DNA of 64,000 nt, from contig OZ242008.1 in assembly GCA_965204735.1 (NCBI GenBank), positions 1,120,001-1,184,000 on the forward strand, given 5' to 3'. The notes beneath the pieces are model-generated. The model saw only the letters and a program-made list of their open reading frames with translations. It made no database searches and was not told the origin of the DNA. Position numbers and translations under genes: made by a program. Positions 55,638 to 64,000 of the stretch are shown piece by piece. The first letter of the stretch is position 1; each line of letters begins with the position of its first letter. This DNA comes from Longimicrobiales bacterium (GTDB lineage: Bacteria; Gemmatimonadota; Gemmatimonadetes; Longimicrobiales; Gaopeijiaceae).

Positions 55638-56951
55638 ATGGCGAACCCGATCCCGAACCTCTTTCGCGCTCCGGAGCTGAAGAAGAAGATCCTCTTCACG
55701 CTCTTCATCATGCTCGTGTACCGGGTCGGGTCCCACATCACCGTTCCGGGCGTCAACTTCGCCGCGCTCCAGCAGCAGTTCGGCCAGCTGGCCCAGACCG
55801 CGCTGGGCGTGTACGACATGTTCGTGGGAGGCGGACTCAGCCGGGCGACGATCCTGGCCCTGGGGATCATGCCGTACATCTCGGCGAGCATCATGTTCCA
55901 GCTCCTCGCCGCGGTCTTCCCGACCGTCGAGAAGCTTCAGAAGGAGGGCGAAGAGGGGCGCAAGAAGCTCACTCAGTGGACCCGCTACACCACGGTTCTG
56001 CTCTGCGTCGTGCAGGCGTACGCCTACGCGTCGTTCCTGCAGGGGCTGGGGGGCGTCGTGCGGGATCCCGGGATGGGGTTCGTCTTCTCCACCGTGATCG
56101 TGCTCACCGTGGGCGGCGTCTTCGTGATGTGGCTGGGAGAGCAGATCACCGAGCGGGGCGTGGGCAACGGCATGTCCCTGATGATCTTCTTCTCCATCAT
56201 CCAGGGCTTCCCCCAGGCGATCGCCCGGACGATCGAGGCCGCGAGACTGGGCGAGATCGACGCGGTCAAGGTCGTCCTTCTCCTGCTGGTGGTCGTAGGG
56301 ATCACCGCAGGGGTGGTGGCGATGACGATGTCGTCCCGCAAGATTCCCGTTCAGATCCCCCGCAAGGTGGTGGGACGAGGACGGATCCAGGAAGGCCAGA
56401 AGAGCTTCATTCCCCTCCGGATCAACTCGGCCGGGGTCATGCCCATCATCTTCGCCCAGTCGTTCATCGTGGTGCCGGGGACGATCGCCGCGTTCAGCTC
56501 GGTGCAGTTCATCCAGGACGTCGCGCTGGTCTTTCAGCCCGGCAACTGGGCCTACTACCTCACCTACGCGGTCCTGATCGTCTTCTTCACCTACTTCTAC
56601 ACGGCGATCATCTTCAACCCGGTGGACCTGGCCGAGAACTTGAAGAAGCAAGGCGCCTTCGTTCCCGGCGTGAAGCCGGGGGCTCGGACCGCCGAATACA
56701 TCGACCGGATCCTGACTCGAGTCACGTTGCCCGGCTCCATGTACTTGGCCCTCATCGCCCTCGTCCCCTACTGGATCTTCGACGCGTTCGGCATCCAGAC
56801 GTTCTTCTTCGGAGGCACGAGCCTTCTGATCGTCGTCGGCGTGGGGCTGGACACGGTGCAGCAGGCGCAGCAGCACCTCCTCCTCCGCCATTACGACGGC
56901 TTCATGAAGAAGGGCCGCGTGAAGATGCGGGGCCGCCAGCGCTACATGTAG
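55638..56951 (+). CDS. secY: Preprotein translocase subunit SecY
   Basis: LGIMPYISASI, GVGNGMSL, AGVMPIIFA, GGTSLLIVV. Confidence 0.98.
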   Translation: MANPIPNLFRAPELKKKILFTLFIMLVYRVGSHITVPGVNFAALQQQFGQLAQTALGVYDMFVGGGLSRATILALGIMPYISASIMFQLLAAVFPTVEKLQKEGEEGRKKLTQWTRYTTVLLCVVQAYAYASFLQGLGGVVRDPGMGFVFSTVIVLTVGGVFVMWLGEQITERGVGNGMSLMIFFSIIQGFPQAIARTIEAARLGEIDAVKVVLLLLVVVGITAGVVAMTMSSRKIPVQIPRKVVGRGRIQEGQKSFIPLRINSAGVMPIIFAQSFIVVPGTIAAFSSVQFIQDVALVFQPGNWAYYLTYAVLIVFFTYFYTAIIFNPVDLAENLKKQGAFVPGVKPGARTAEYIDRILTRVTLPGSMYLALIALVPYWIFDAFGIQTFFFGGTSLLIVVGVGLDTVQQAQQHLLLRHYDGFMKKGRVKMRGRQRYM

Positions 56952-56973
56952 GCGGAAGGACGCGAGCACAGGA

Positions 56974-57651
56974 ATGGAGGGCGCCCCGACGCCGGGCAAG
57001 GTCGTCGTGCTGCTGGGACCGCCCGGCGCAGGCAAGGGAACCCAGGGAGTGCGCCTGGCCCGGAGCCGGGGCTGGGCCCATCTCTCGACGGGCGACCTGC
57101 TCCGGGCTGCTCGCGACGCGGGCAGCGAACTCGGCCGCCGGGCCCAGGAGTACATGGGACGGGGCGAGCTGGTGCCCGACGACGTGATCGTGGGACTCGT
57201 CAGGGAGCGCTTGGAGACCACCCCTCGAGACGAGGGCGTGGTCTTCGACGGCTTCCCCCGCACGGTCGGCCAAGCGGAGGCGCTCGACGGCGCGCTGGCC
57301 GACCGAGGGCGGCGGGTGGACCGGGTCGTGCTGCTGGAGGCCGGCGAGGAGCTCCTGGTCAAGCGCATCGCGGGGCGGCGGTCGTCCCCCAACGGGCGCG
57401 TCTACAACGTCCACTTCGATCCGCCCAAGCGGGACGGGATCTGCGACGAGACGGGCGACCCGCTGATCCACCGGGCGGACGACCAGCCCGAGACGGTGCG
57501 TTCCCGCCTCGCCGTCTACTGGGAAGCCACCGCGCCGTTGGCCGATTTCTATCAGCGCAGAGGAGCGCTCGTCCGGGTGAACGGCGAGGGCGAGATCGAC
57601 GCGATCCAGGAGGCGGTCCGGATGGTCGTGCCTGAGCAGGCGCAGCCGTGA
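56974..57651 (+). CDS. adk: Adenylate kinase
   Basis: GPPGAGKGTQ, STGDLLR, DGFPRT, long LID ending RADD. Confidence 0.96.
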   Translation: MEGAPTPGKVVVLLGPPGAGKGTQGVRLARSRGWAHLSTGDLLRAARDAGSELGRRAQEYMGRGELVPDDVIVGLVRERLETTPRDEGVVFDGFPRTVGQAEALDGALADRGRRVDRVVLLEAGEELLVKRIAGRRSSPNGRVYNVHFDPPKRDGICDETGDPLIHRADDQPETVRSRLAVYWEATAPLADFYQRRGALVRVNGEGEIDAIQEAVRMVVPEQAQP

Positions 57652-58472
57652 TTCAACTGAAGTCCCGCGCCGAGATCGAAGCGATCGCCCGCAGCGGCGA
57701 GGTCGTCGGTGCGCTCTTCGGCGAGATCGCCGGAAGGGTGGAACCCGGAGTCGCCACGGCCGCCCTCGACAGCTTCGTGGGAGAGTTCGTCCACTCGCAC
57801 GACGGGGCCGTTCCCGCCTTCAAGGGGCTGTACGGCTTCCCGGGAAACGCGTGCATCAGCATCAACGAAGAGGTGGTGCACGGAATCCCCTCGCAACGCC
57901 GGCTCCGGGAGGGGGACATCGTGTCCGTCGACGTGGGCGTCCGGCGCGACGGCTGGTGCGCCGACTCGGCGTACACCTTTGCCGTGGGAGAGGTGGGGCC
58001 GGAGGCGTCGCGCCTTCTGCGGACGACCCGGGACGCGCTGCGCGCCTCGGTCGCCGCGGCCCGGCCCAAGAACCGGGTCGGCGACATCGGGGCAGCGGTG
58101 GTGCGCGCGGTCCGGGGCACCGGGTTCGGAATCGTGCGCGACTTGGTGGGACACGGCATCGGCCGGGAGATCCACGAAGAGCCCCAGGTCGCAAACGTGG
58201 GACGCCCAGGTCAGGGAGCGCCGCTGGCCGCGGGCATGGTGCTGGCGATCGAGCCGATGCTGTCGGCAGGCAGCGAGCGGATCAGGACCCTGGCCGACAA
58301 GTGGACCGTCGCCACCTTCGACGGAGCGCTCTCCGCCCACTTCGAGCACACCGTGGCCGTGACTCGGGAGGGCCCCGTGGTGCTGACCGCCGGGGGCATA
58401 TGGAGTGCGGTCGACGGGTCGGCGAACGGCGTCGCCGAGGAGAGCCTCGCCGCCCCTGCCGCTTCTTCCTAG
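57648..58472 (+). CDS. map: Methionine aminopeptidase type I
   Basis: [35 protein letters not shown]. Confidence 0.96.
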   Translation: MIQLKSRAEIEAIARSGEVVGALFGEIAGRVEPGVATAALDSFVGEFVHSHDGAVPAFKGLYGFPGNACISINEEVVHGIPSQRRLREGDIVSVDVGVRRDGWCADSAYTFAVGEVGPEASRLLRTTRDALRASVAAARPKNRVGDIGAAVVRAVRGTGFGIVRDLVGHGIGREIHEEPQVANVGRPGQGAPLAAGMVLAIEPMLSAGSERIRTLADKWTVATFDGALSAHFEHTVAVTREGPVVLTAGGIWSAVDGSANGVAEESLAAPAASS

Positions 58473-58590
58473 ACCGCGTGATGCTTGCGCGCGCGTGCGG
58501 GATGGGCTTGGGGCCTCGTCGCCCCTACCGCTCCGTTCCAGGCCGCGCTATCTTCCAAAGCTGTGCCGCCAACCAGCGAGGAGCTTGGCC

Positions 58591-58707
58591 GTGAAGGTCC
58601 GAACCAGCGTGAAGCCCATGTGCGAGTACTGCCGCGTCGTGCGCCGGAAGGGCGTCGTGCGGATCATCTGCAGCCGGAACCCGCGCCACAAGCAGCGCCA
58701 GGGCTGA
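58591..58707 (+). CDS. rpmJ: 50S ribosomal protein L36 (zinc-binding C+ type)
   Basis: [14 protein letters not shown]...[14 protein letters not shown] start after AGGAG. Confidence 0.96.
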   Translation: MKVRTSVKPMCEYCRVVRRKGVVRIICSRNPRHKQRQG

Positions 58708-58724
58708 CGAGAGGACGATAGAGG

Positions 58725-59105
58725 ATGGCACGGATCGCGGGCGTGGACCTTCCGCGGGGCAAGCGGATCGAGGTGGCCCTGACGTACCTGCACGGCATCG
58801 GCCGGACCCGGGCGCGGCAGATACTGGACGCCACGGGGATCAACCCGGACCTTCGCACTCACGAGCTGAGCGACGGGGACGCCAGCCGGCTTCGCCGCGA
58901 GATCGAGCAGAACCACAAGGTGGAGGGCGCACTCCGGACCGAGGTCTCCATGAACATCAAGCGCCTCATGGACATCGGCTGCTATCGGGGCCTCCGACAC
59001 CGGAGGGGATTGCCCGTGCGGGGTCAGCGGACCCACACCAACGCTCGGACCAAGAAGGGCCCCCGCCGAGCCATCGCGGGGAAGAAGAAGGCTCCCAAGA
59101 AGTAG
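58725..59105 (+). CDS. rpsM: 30S ribosomal protein S13
   Basis: [26 protein letters not shown]. Confidence 0.98.
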   Translation: MARIAGVDLPRGKRIEVALTYLHGIGRTRARQILDATGINPDLRTHELSDGDASRLRREIEQNHKVEGALRTEVSMNIKRLMDIGCYRGLRHRRGLPVRGQRTHTNARTKKGPRRAIAGKKKAPKK

Positions 59106-59172
59106 CGGCGAGCTCTGCAGCAACACGCGAACCCGCGCGGCGTCCGCCGCCCGCACTCGAGGAAGGTGCCGC

Positions 59173-59565
59173 TTGGCCAAGCCCAAGACCGCTAGGACGA
59201 AGAAGGTCAAGAAGAACGTGGAGGCGGAAGCCGTCGCCCACATCAAGGCGACCTTCAACAACACCCTCGTCACGATCGCCGACGGCGCCGGCAACGTGCT
59301 GGTGTGGGCGTCGGCCGGGACGGCCGGCTTCCGGGGGTCGAAGAAGTCCACGCCCTTCGCCGCCACGATGGCCGCCGAGAAGGCCGGACGCGAGGCGATG
59401 GCCATGGGGGTGCGGCGGCTCGTCGTGAGGGTGCGGGGACCGGGTTCGGGAAGGGAGTCCGCGATCCAGGCGCTGGCCGCCGCCGGGCTCCACATCAAGT
59501 CGATCCACGACGTGACGCCCCTGCCCCACAACGGGTGCCGTCCGCCGAAGAAGCGTCGCGTCTAG
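59173..59565 (+). CDS. rpsK: 30S ribosomal protein S11
   Basis: [31 protein letters not shown]. Confidence 0.98.
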   Translation: MAKPKTARTKKVKKNVEAEAVAHIKATFNNTLVTIADGAGNVLVWASAGTAGFRGSKKSTPFAATMAAEKAGREAMAMGVRRLVVRVRGPGSGRESAIQALAAAGLHIKSIHDVTPLPHNGCRPPKKRRV

Positions 59566-59597
59566 GGCGCTGCGCCAACGCAAGAGAGAGCCAGCCA

Positions 59598-60233
59598 ATG
59601 GCACGATACACGGGTCCGGTCTGCAAGCGCTGCCGCCGCGAAGGACAGAAGCTCTTCCTCAAGGGAGGGAAGTGCTACACCGAGAAGTGTCCGGTGGAGC
59701 GGCGCCAGTACCCGCCTGGGCAGCACGGCCCGGCGGCGGCCAGGCGGCGCAAGCACTCCGACTACTCGGTTCAGCTGCGGGAGAAGCAGAAGGTCAAGCG
59801 CGTCTACGGCCTCCACGAGAAGCAGTTCCGCAACCTCTTCGAATACGCCGCCGGCAGGCCGGGCGTGACGGGCGACAACTTGGTGGTCGCGCTGGAGAGG
59901 CGGCTGGACAACGTGGTGTACCGGCTCGGCTTGGCCGGCAGCAGGCGGCAGGCGCGTCAGCTGGTTCGCCACCGCCACGTGAAGGTCAACGGCCGGATCG
60001 TGGACGTTCCCAGCTGCAGGCTCTCCGAGGGAGACGAGGTGGCGGTGCGGGAGCGGTCCAGGGAGCTGGAGCTGGTGGCCGTCAGCTTGGGGGCACGCAC
60101 CCGTCCGCCGCTGGCGGAGTGGCTCTCCCTGGACGAGAAGAAGAAGGTGGGCAGGGTTGTTCGGCAACCGGCGAGGAGCGACGTCCCGCTGGCGGCGCAG
60201 GAACAGCTGATCGTCGAACTCTACTCCAAGTGA
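59598..60233 (+). CDS. rpsD: 30S ribosomal protein S4 (zinc-binding C+ type)
   Basis: MARYTGPVCKRCRRE, LERRLDNVVYR, LIVELYSK. Confidence 0.98.
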   Translation: MARYTGPVCKRCRREGQKLFLKGGKCYTEKCPVERRQYPPGQHGPAAARRRKHSDYSVQLREKQKVKRVYGLHEKQFRNLFEYAAGRPGVTGDNLVVALERRLDNVVYRLGLAGSRRQARQLVRHRHVKVNGRIVDVPSCRLSEGDEVAVRERSRELELVAVSLGARTRPPLAEWLSLDEKKKVGRVVRQPARSDVPLAAQEQLIVELYSK

Positions 60234-60251
60234 CCGGGCTGGAGGACTAGC

Positions 60252-61418
60252 GTGGACATCGACCTGACAGGCCTCGTGCTTCCGGAGCGCATCGAGATCG
60301 CCGACGCCTCCGACGACGGAAGATCCGCCGAATTCGTCATGGAGCCCCTCGAGCGGGGCTTCGGCCACACGTTGGGGAACTCGGTGCGCCGGGTCCTCCT
60401 CTCGTCGCTCCGGGGAGCGGCGGTGTGGGCTTTTCGGATGGACGGCGTTCAGCACGAGCACCAGACGATCCCGTCCGTGGTGGAAGACGTGCACCAAGTG
60501 ATCCAGAACTTCAAGTCGCTGGTGGTGAAGCTGGACCCCTACCTGGACGAGACGAAGCTCAAGGTGTCGGCCAAGAAGGCGGGACCGGTGACGGCGGCGG
60601 ACATCCGCAAGTCGGGCGACGTCGACGTCCTCGATCCCGATCACCACCTCTTGACTCTGCAGGAATCCACCGACTTCAGCGCGGAGCTGTGGGTCAACAA
60701 GGGACGGGGCTTCGTGCTCGCGGAACAGCACCCGTTGCCGCCGAAGGCGACGGTGGACTTGGTTCGCATCGACGCGATCTACAACCCGGTGCGACGCGCC
60801 AACTTCACAGTTCAGGAGACGAGAGTCGGCCAGCGCACCGACTTCGACCGGCTGACGGTGAGGGTGGAAACCGACGGTTCGGTGGATCCGGAAAGGGCGA
60901 TTCGGTACGCGGCCGAACTGGTTCGGCGACACCTGGAGTACATGTTCTACTTCAGGGAAGGCGGCCCTCCGGTGGTCAAGAAGCCCGAGCCGGTGCTGAT
61001 TCCCCAGCAGATGGCGCAGCGCTTGGAGACGCAGGTGAACGACCTCGCCGAGCTCAGTACGCGCTCCCGCAACTCCCTCACCAAGAAGGGCATCCTCACG
61101 CTGCAGCAGCTGGTGAGCCACAGCGAGAGCGAGATGCTGGACATCGACAACTTCGGGCGCAGGTCCCTGGACGAGATCGTCGAGTTCTTGCGGGACCAGG
61201 GCCTCCGCTTCGGGATGAAGATCGAAAGGCTGGACGACGGCAGGCTCTACTTCGGTGCCGGCGAGACCGCCGGGACGGCTCGAGCCGACGACCCTGGGCA
61301 CGCCGCCGAAACCGGCGCAGTCGAGGAGAGCGCCGAGGCCGAAGCCCCGGAGAGCGCCGAGGCCGACGAAGCCGGCGCTGTCGCGTCCGAGGGCGCGAAA
61401 GCGTCCAAGTCCAAGTAG
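60252..61418 (+). CDS. rpoA: RNA polymerase alpha subunit with acidic C-terminal extension
   Basis: EPLERGFGHTLGNSVRRVLLSS, GRGF, LSTRSRN, NFGRRSLDEI. Confidence 0.97.
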   Translation: MDIDLTGLVLPERIEIADASDDGRSAEFVMEPLERGFGHTLGNSVRRVLLSSLRGAAVWAFRMDGVQHEHQTIPSVVEDVHQVIQNFKSLVVKLDPYLDETKLKVSAKKAGPVTAADIRKSGDVDVLDPDHHLLTLQESTDFSAELWVNKGRGFVLAEQHPLPPKATVDLVRIDAIYNPVRRANFTVQETRVGQRTDFDRLTVRVETDGSVDPERAIRYAAELVRRHLEYMFYFREGGPPVVKKPEPVLIPQQMAQRLETQVNDLAELSTRSRNSLTKKGILTLQQLVSHSESEMLDIDNFGRRSLDEIVEFLRDQGLRFGMKIERLDDGRLYFGAGETAGTARADDPGHAAETGAVEESAEAEAPESAEADEAGAVASEGAKASKSK

Positions 61419-61430
61419 GAGGCGAGAAGG

Positions 61431-61784
61431 ATGCGTCACCGAAAGAAGGGACGGAACCTCTCCCGCTCTCCCAGTCACCGGAAGGCGGTGTTGCGCAACT
61501 TGGCGGCGTCCCTCTTCCGCCACGAGCGGATCACCACCACCACCGCCCGGGCGAAGGAGCTTCGGCCGTATGCGGAACGACTGGTCACCCTGGCCCGACG
61601 GGGCGACCTCCACGCGCGCAGGACGGCCGCGCGGCAAATCCACGAGCGCGAAGTCCTGGCCAAGCTCTTCGACGAGATCGGGCCGCGCTACGCCGATCGG
61701 GCCGGCGGCTACACCCGCGTCCTCAAGCTCGGCGTCCGCAAGGGAGACGCGGCGGAAATGGCGCTGATCGAGCTTGTGCAATAG
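61431..61784 (+). CDS. rplQ: 50S ribosomal protein L17
   Basis: [28 protein letters not shown]. Confidence 0.98.
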   Translation: MRHRKKGRNLSRSPSHRKAVLRNLAASLFRHERITTTTARAKELRPYAERLVTLARRGDLHARRTAARQIHEREVLAKLFDEIGPRYADRAGGYTRVLKLGVRKGDAAEMALIELVQ

Positions 61785-61866
61785 AATTCCCGAAGCGGTC
61801 GCGGTTCCGGAACCGACCGAGGCCTCGCGGCACCTAGAAGACTCCAACAGGACAGGCAGAGGGCAG

Positions 61867-62424
61867 ATGGAAGCGTTTCCGAGATCCAGGACCGGCGCCG
61901 TCAATCCCGGCGTCCCGCTGATGATACTGAGCTTCCTGGTCGTGGCGGCCTTCCTCTACTGGCTCCGGGTCACGGCCGAGCCCACGGAGTCGCCCGCCGA
62001 CCAAGCCGACGACGAGCCGGGCGTCGTCAACGAGGTGCCGCTGGCGGAGTTCTTCGCCGACGACGGAGCCTACCTGGGCCAGGAGATCACGCTCGTCCAT
62101 GTGCCGGTCACCAGCCTGCTCGGGCCCCACTCGTTCTGGACGGCCCTGGGAGACGCCTTCGGCAACCCGTACCTGGTCCATCTCTCCGACGCCGCGCGGG
62201 CCGACTCGGTCGATCTGACCGTAGGCGTTCCGTTGACCGTGAGGGGCGCGGTCCGCCAGATGTCGGACTCGGTCCTGGCCGACTGGGAAGCCGCGGGCGC
62301 GTTCCCCCAGGGAGAGTCGGAGCGCTTCCAGGCCGAGTTTGCCGAGAGGTTCCTGGAGGCCGCCTCTCTGATGGAGGCCGAGGCCGAAGGTCCCGCCGAA
62401 GGCGGCGCCGGGCCCTCCTCCTGA
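61867..62424 (+). CDS. Hypothetical single-pass membrane protein with acidic soluble domain
   Basis: TM segment LMILSFLVVAAFLYWL; GC3-rich codons; ATG at 61867 within ORF 61774..62424. Confidence 0.65.
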   Translation: MEAFPRSRTGAVNPGVPLMILSFLVVAAFLYWLRVTAEPTESPADQADDEPGVVNEVPLAEFFADDGAYLGQEITLVHVPVTSLLGPHSFWTALGDAFGNPYLVHLSDAARADSVDLTVGVPLTVRGAVRQMSDSVLADWEAAGAFPQGESERFQAEFAERFLEAASLMEAEAEGPAEGGAGPSS

Positions 62425-62450
62425 CCCGCGGCCGCCTCCCTACGAGGCCG

Positions 62451-63875
62451 ATGAAGAAACCTTCCGGATCGACCTTGGGCGTGGGCGTGGCCGGAGAGCG
62501 CGAAGCAAGCATCGCTCGGCTCGCGGGCGGAGACGTGGTCTTCGGCGTCGTCGGCCTCGGGTACGTGGGCCTGCCCCTTGCCGTCGAAGCGGCCAAGAAC
62601 GGCATCCGCGTCGTCGGATTCGACATCGTCCCGGAGGTCGCGGACAGCATCGAGGAAGGACGCAGCCACATCCCCGACGTGAGCCACGAGGAAGTCGCGG
62701 AGGTTCGCCGGACCGGGATGCTGCGGGCGACCACCGACATGTCGAGGCTGAAGAAGTGCGACGCCGTTTCGATCTGCGTGCCCACGCCCTTGTCCAAGAC
62801 CCGAGACCCGGACATCGCCTCGATCTTGGCGGCGACGGAAGCCGTGGGGGCGCACCTCACGAAAGGACAGTTGATCGTCCTGGAGTCCACCACCTACCCC
62901 GGGACGACTCGGGAAGTAGTGTTGCCGATCCTGGCCAGGGACGGCCTCCGGGCGGGGGAGGACTTCTTTCTCTGCTTCTCTCCCGAGCGGGTGGACCCCG
63001 CCAACGCCACTTGGAAGACCCGCAACATTCCGAAGGTCGTGGGCGGGATCACGCCCGAGTGCGCGAGGGCGGCCGAGGGCTTCTACTCCCGGTTCGTGGA
63101 TCGCATGGTTCCCGTATCGTCGGTGGAAGCGGCCGAAATGGCCAAGATCCTGGAGAACACCTTCCGGGCGGTGAACGTCGGACTCGTCAACGAGATGGCC
63201 ATCATCGCCGACCGCCTGGGGCTGGACATCTGGGAGGTCGTCGACGCCGCCGCCACCAAGCCGTTCGGCTTCATGAAGTTCACGCCCGGCCCGGGGCTGG
63301 GAGGTCACTGCCTCCCCGTGGACCCCCACTACCTCTCTTGGAAGATGCGGACGCTGGACTACCGCACCCGCTTCATCGAGCTGGCGTCCGAGGTCAACTG
63401 GGGGATGCCGTCCTTCGTGGCGGGCAAGGTGCGGGAAGCGCTCAACGGCGCGCGCAAGGCGGTCAACGGCTCCCGGATACTCTTGCTGGGCGTGGCCTAC
63501 AAGAAGGACGTGGGAGACGTTCGGGAGTCGCCGGCCCTGGAGATCCTCCGGTTGCTGGAGGGCGACGGTGCCGACGTCCTCTATCACGATCCGTACGTGC
63601 CGGAGTGGAGACTGGCTCCCGACCGCGTCGAGAGGTCGGTGCAGCTGTCCGACGCGACGGCCAAGGAAGCCGACGCCGTGGTGATCGTCGCCGATCATTC
63701 GTGCTTCGACTACGCGCGGATACACCGGCTGTCGCAAGTCCTGGTCGATGCGAGAAACGCGACCGCCTCCGTGGCCGGGGGCTCGGGCACGCCGCAGCGA
63801 TGGATCGTGAAGGGCGGCGCTGTCGAAGGGGCGCTGGGAGCAGCCGGGAGGGCGCTGGCTTCCGCTGGCGGCTGA
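62451..63875 (+). CDS. Nucleotide-sugar dehydrogenase (UDP-GlcNAc/ManNAc 6-dehydrogenase, WbpA/WecC family)
   Basis: GLGYVGLPLA, ICVPTP, ESTTYPGTT, SPERVDP, KILENTFRAVN, GGHCLPVDP, GVAYKKDVGDVRESP. Confidence 0.92.
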   Translation: MKKPSGSTLGVGVAGEREASIARLAGGDVVFGVVGLGYVGLPLAVEAAKNGIRVVGFDIVPEVADSIEEGRSHIPDVSHEEVAEVRRTGMLRATTDMSRLKKCDAVSICVPTPLSKTRDPDIASILAATEAVGAHLTKGQLIVLESTTYPGTTREVVLPILARDGLRAGEDFFLCFSPERVDPANATWKTRNIPKVVGGITPECARAAEGFYSRFVDRMVPVSSVEAAEMAKILENTFRAVNVGLVNEMAIIADRLGLDIWEVVDAAATKPFGFMKFTPGPGLGGHCLPVDPHYLSWKMRTLDYRTRFIELASEVNWGMPSFVAGKVREALNGARKAVNGSRILLLGVAYKKDVGDVRESPALEILRLLEGDGADVLYHDPYVPEWRLAPDRVERSVQLSDATAKEADAVVIVADHSCFDYARIHRLSQVLVDARNATASVAGGSGTPQRWIVKGGAVEGALGAAGRALASAGG

Positions 63876-63884
63876 CCGGCCCGC

Positions 63885-64000
63885 GTGAAGGCGCTCGTCA
63901 CTGGAGCCGGGGGGCTGCTCGGGCACGCCCTGCTGCGCGTCTTGGGCCGTCTCGGGGTGCAGGTGGAGGCGACGGGGCGCCGGGAGCTGGACGTTGCCCA
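63885..64000 (+). CDS. NAD(P)-dependent sugar reductase, probably dTDP-4-dehydrorhamnose reductase (RfbD-like); 3'-truncated by the window edge
   Basis: GTG-KALVTGAGGLLGHAL...RRELDV: Rossmann start and LD motif. Confidence 0.65.
   Translation, partial: MKALVTGAGGLLGHALLRVLGRLGVQVEATGRRELDVA

Overview
GC-rich bacterial chromosomal window made up almost entirely of housekeeping genes, nearly all on the + strand. Gene content and protein style suggest a diderm, possibly Gemmatimonadota; this is inference only. Bases 1-28 kb are a mixed core/accessory block: murQ, two tandem GT-C-type membrane glycosyltransferase paralogs, a large zinc-peptidase/beta-propeller/Omp85-like outer-membrane protein, class II ribonucleotide reductase nrdJ with tandem NrdR boxes, an M20 amidohydrolase, a nitrilase, rocD, a YggX-like protein, a 2-Cys DksA/TraR protein, rnd, pyk, an MBL hydrolase, pgi, a YtxH protein, transaldolase, an L,D-transpeptidase, smpB, pyrD, pyrF and cysS. 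Bases 28.1-61.8 kb are an uninterrupted translation/transcription supercluster (tRNA-Thr/Tyr/Gly/Thr, tuf, secE, nusG, rplKAJL, rpoBC, rpsLG, fusA, tuf, S10-spc-alpha genes). The window ends with the start of a nucleotide-sugar locus. I see no rRNA, transposase, integrase, phage gene or true CRISPR array, and no clear-cut new biological system. The best leads are the uncharacterised envelope module at 0.5-8.4 kb, the absence of rpsN, rpmG/tRNA-Trp and infA from their usual slots (with a possible zinc-sparing theme), a probable ATC-initiated gene, an ~140-aa RpoB insertion, a structured tRNA-operon leader, and several small repeat structures.
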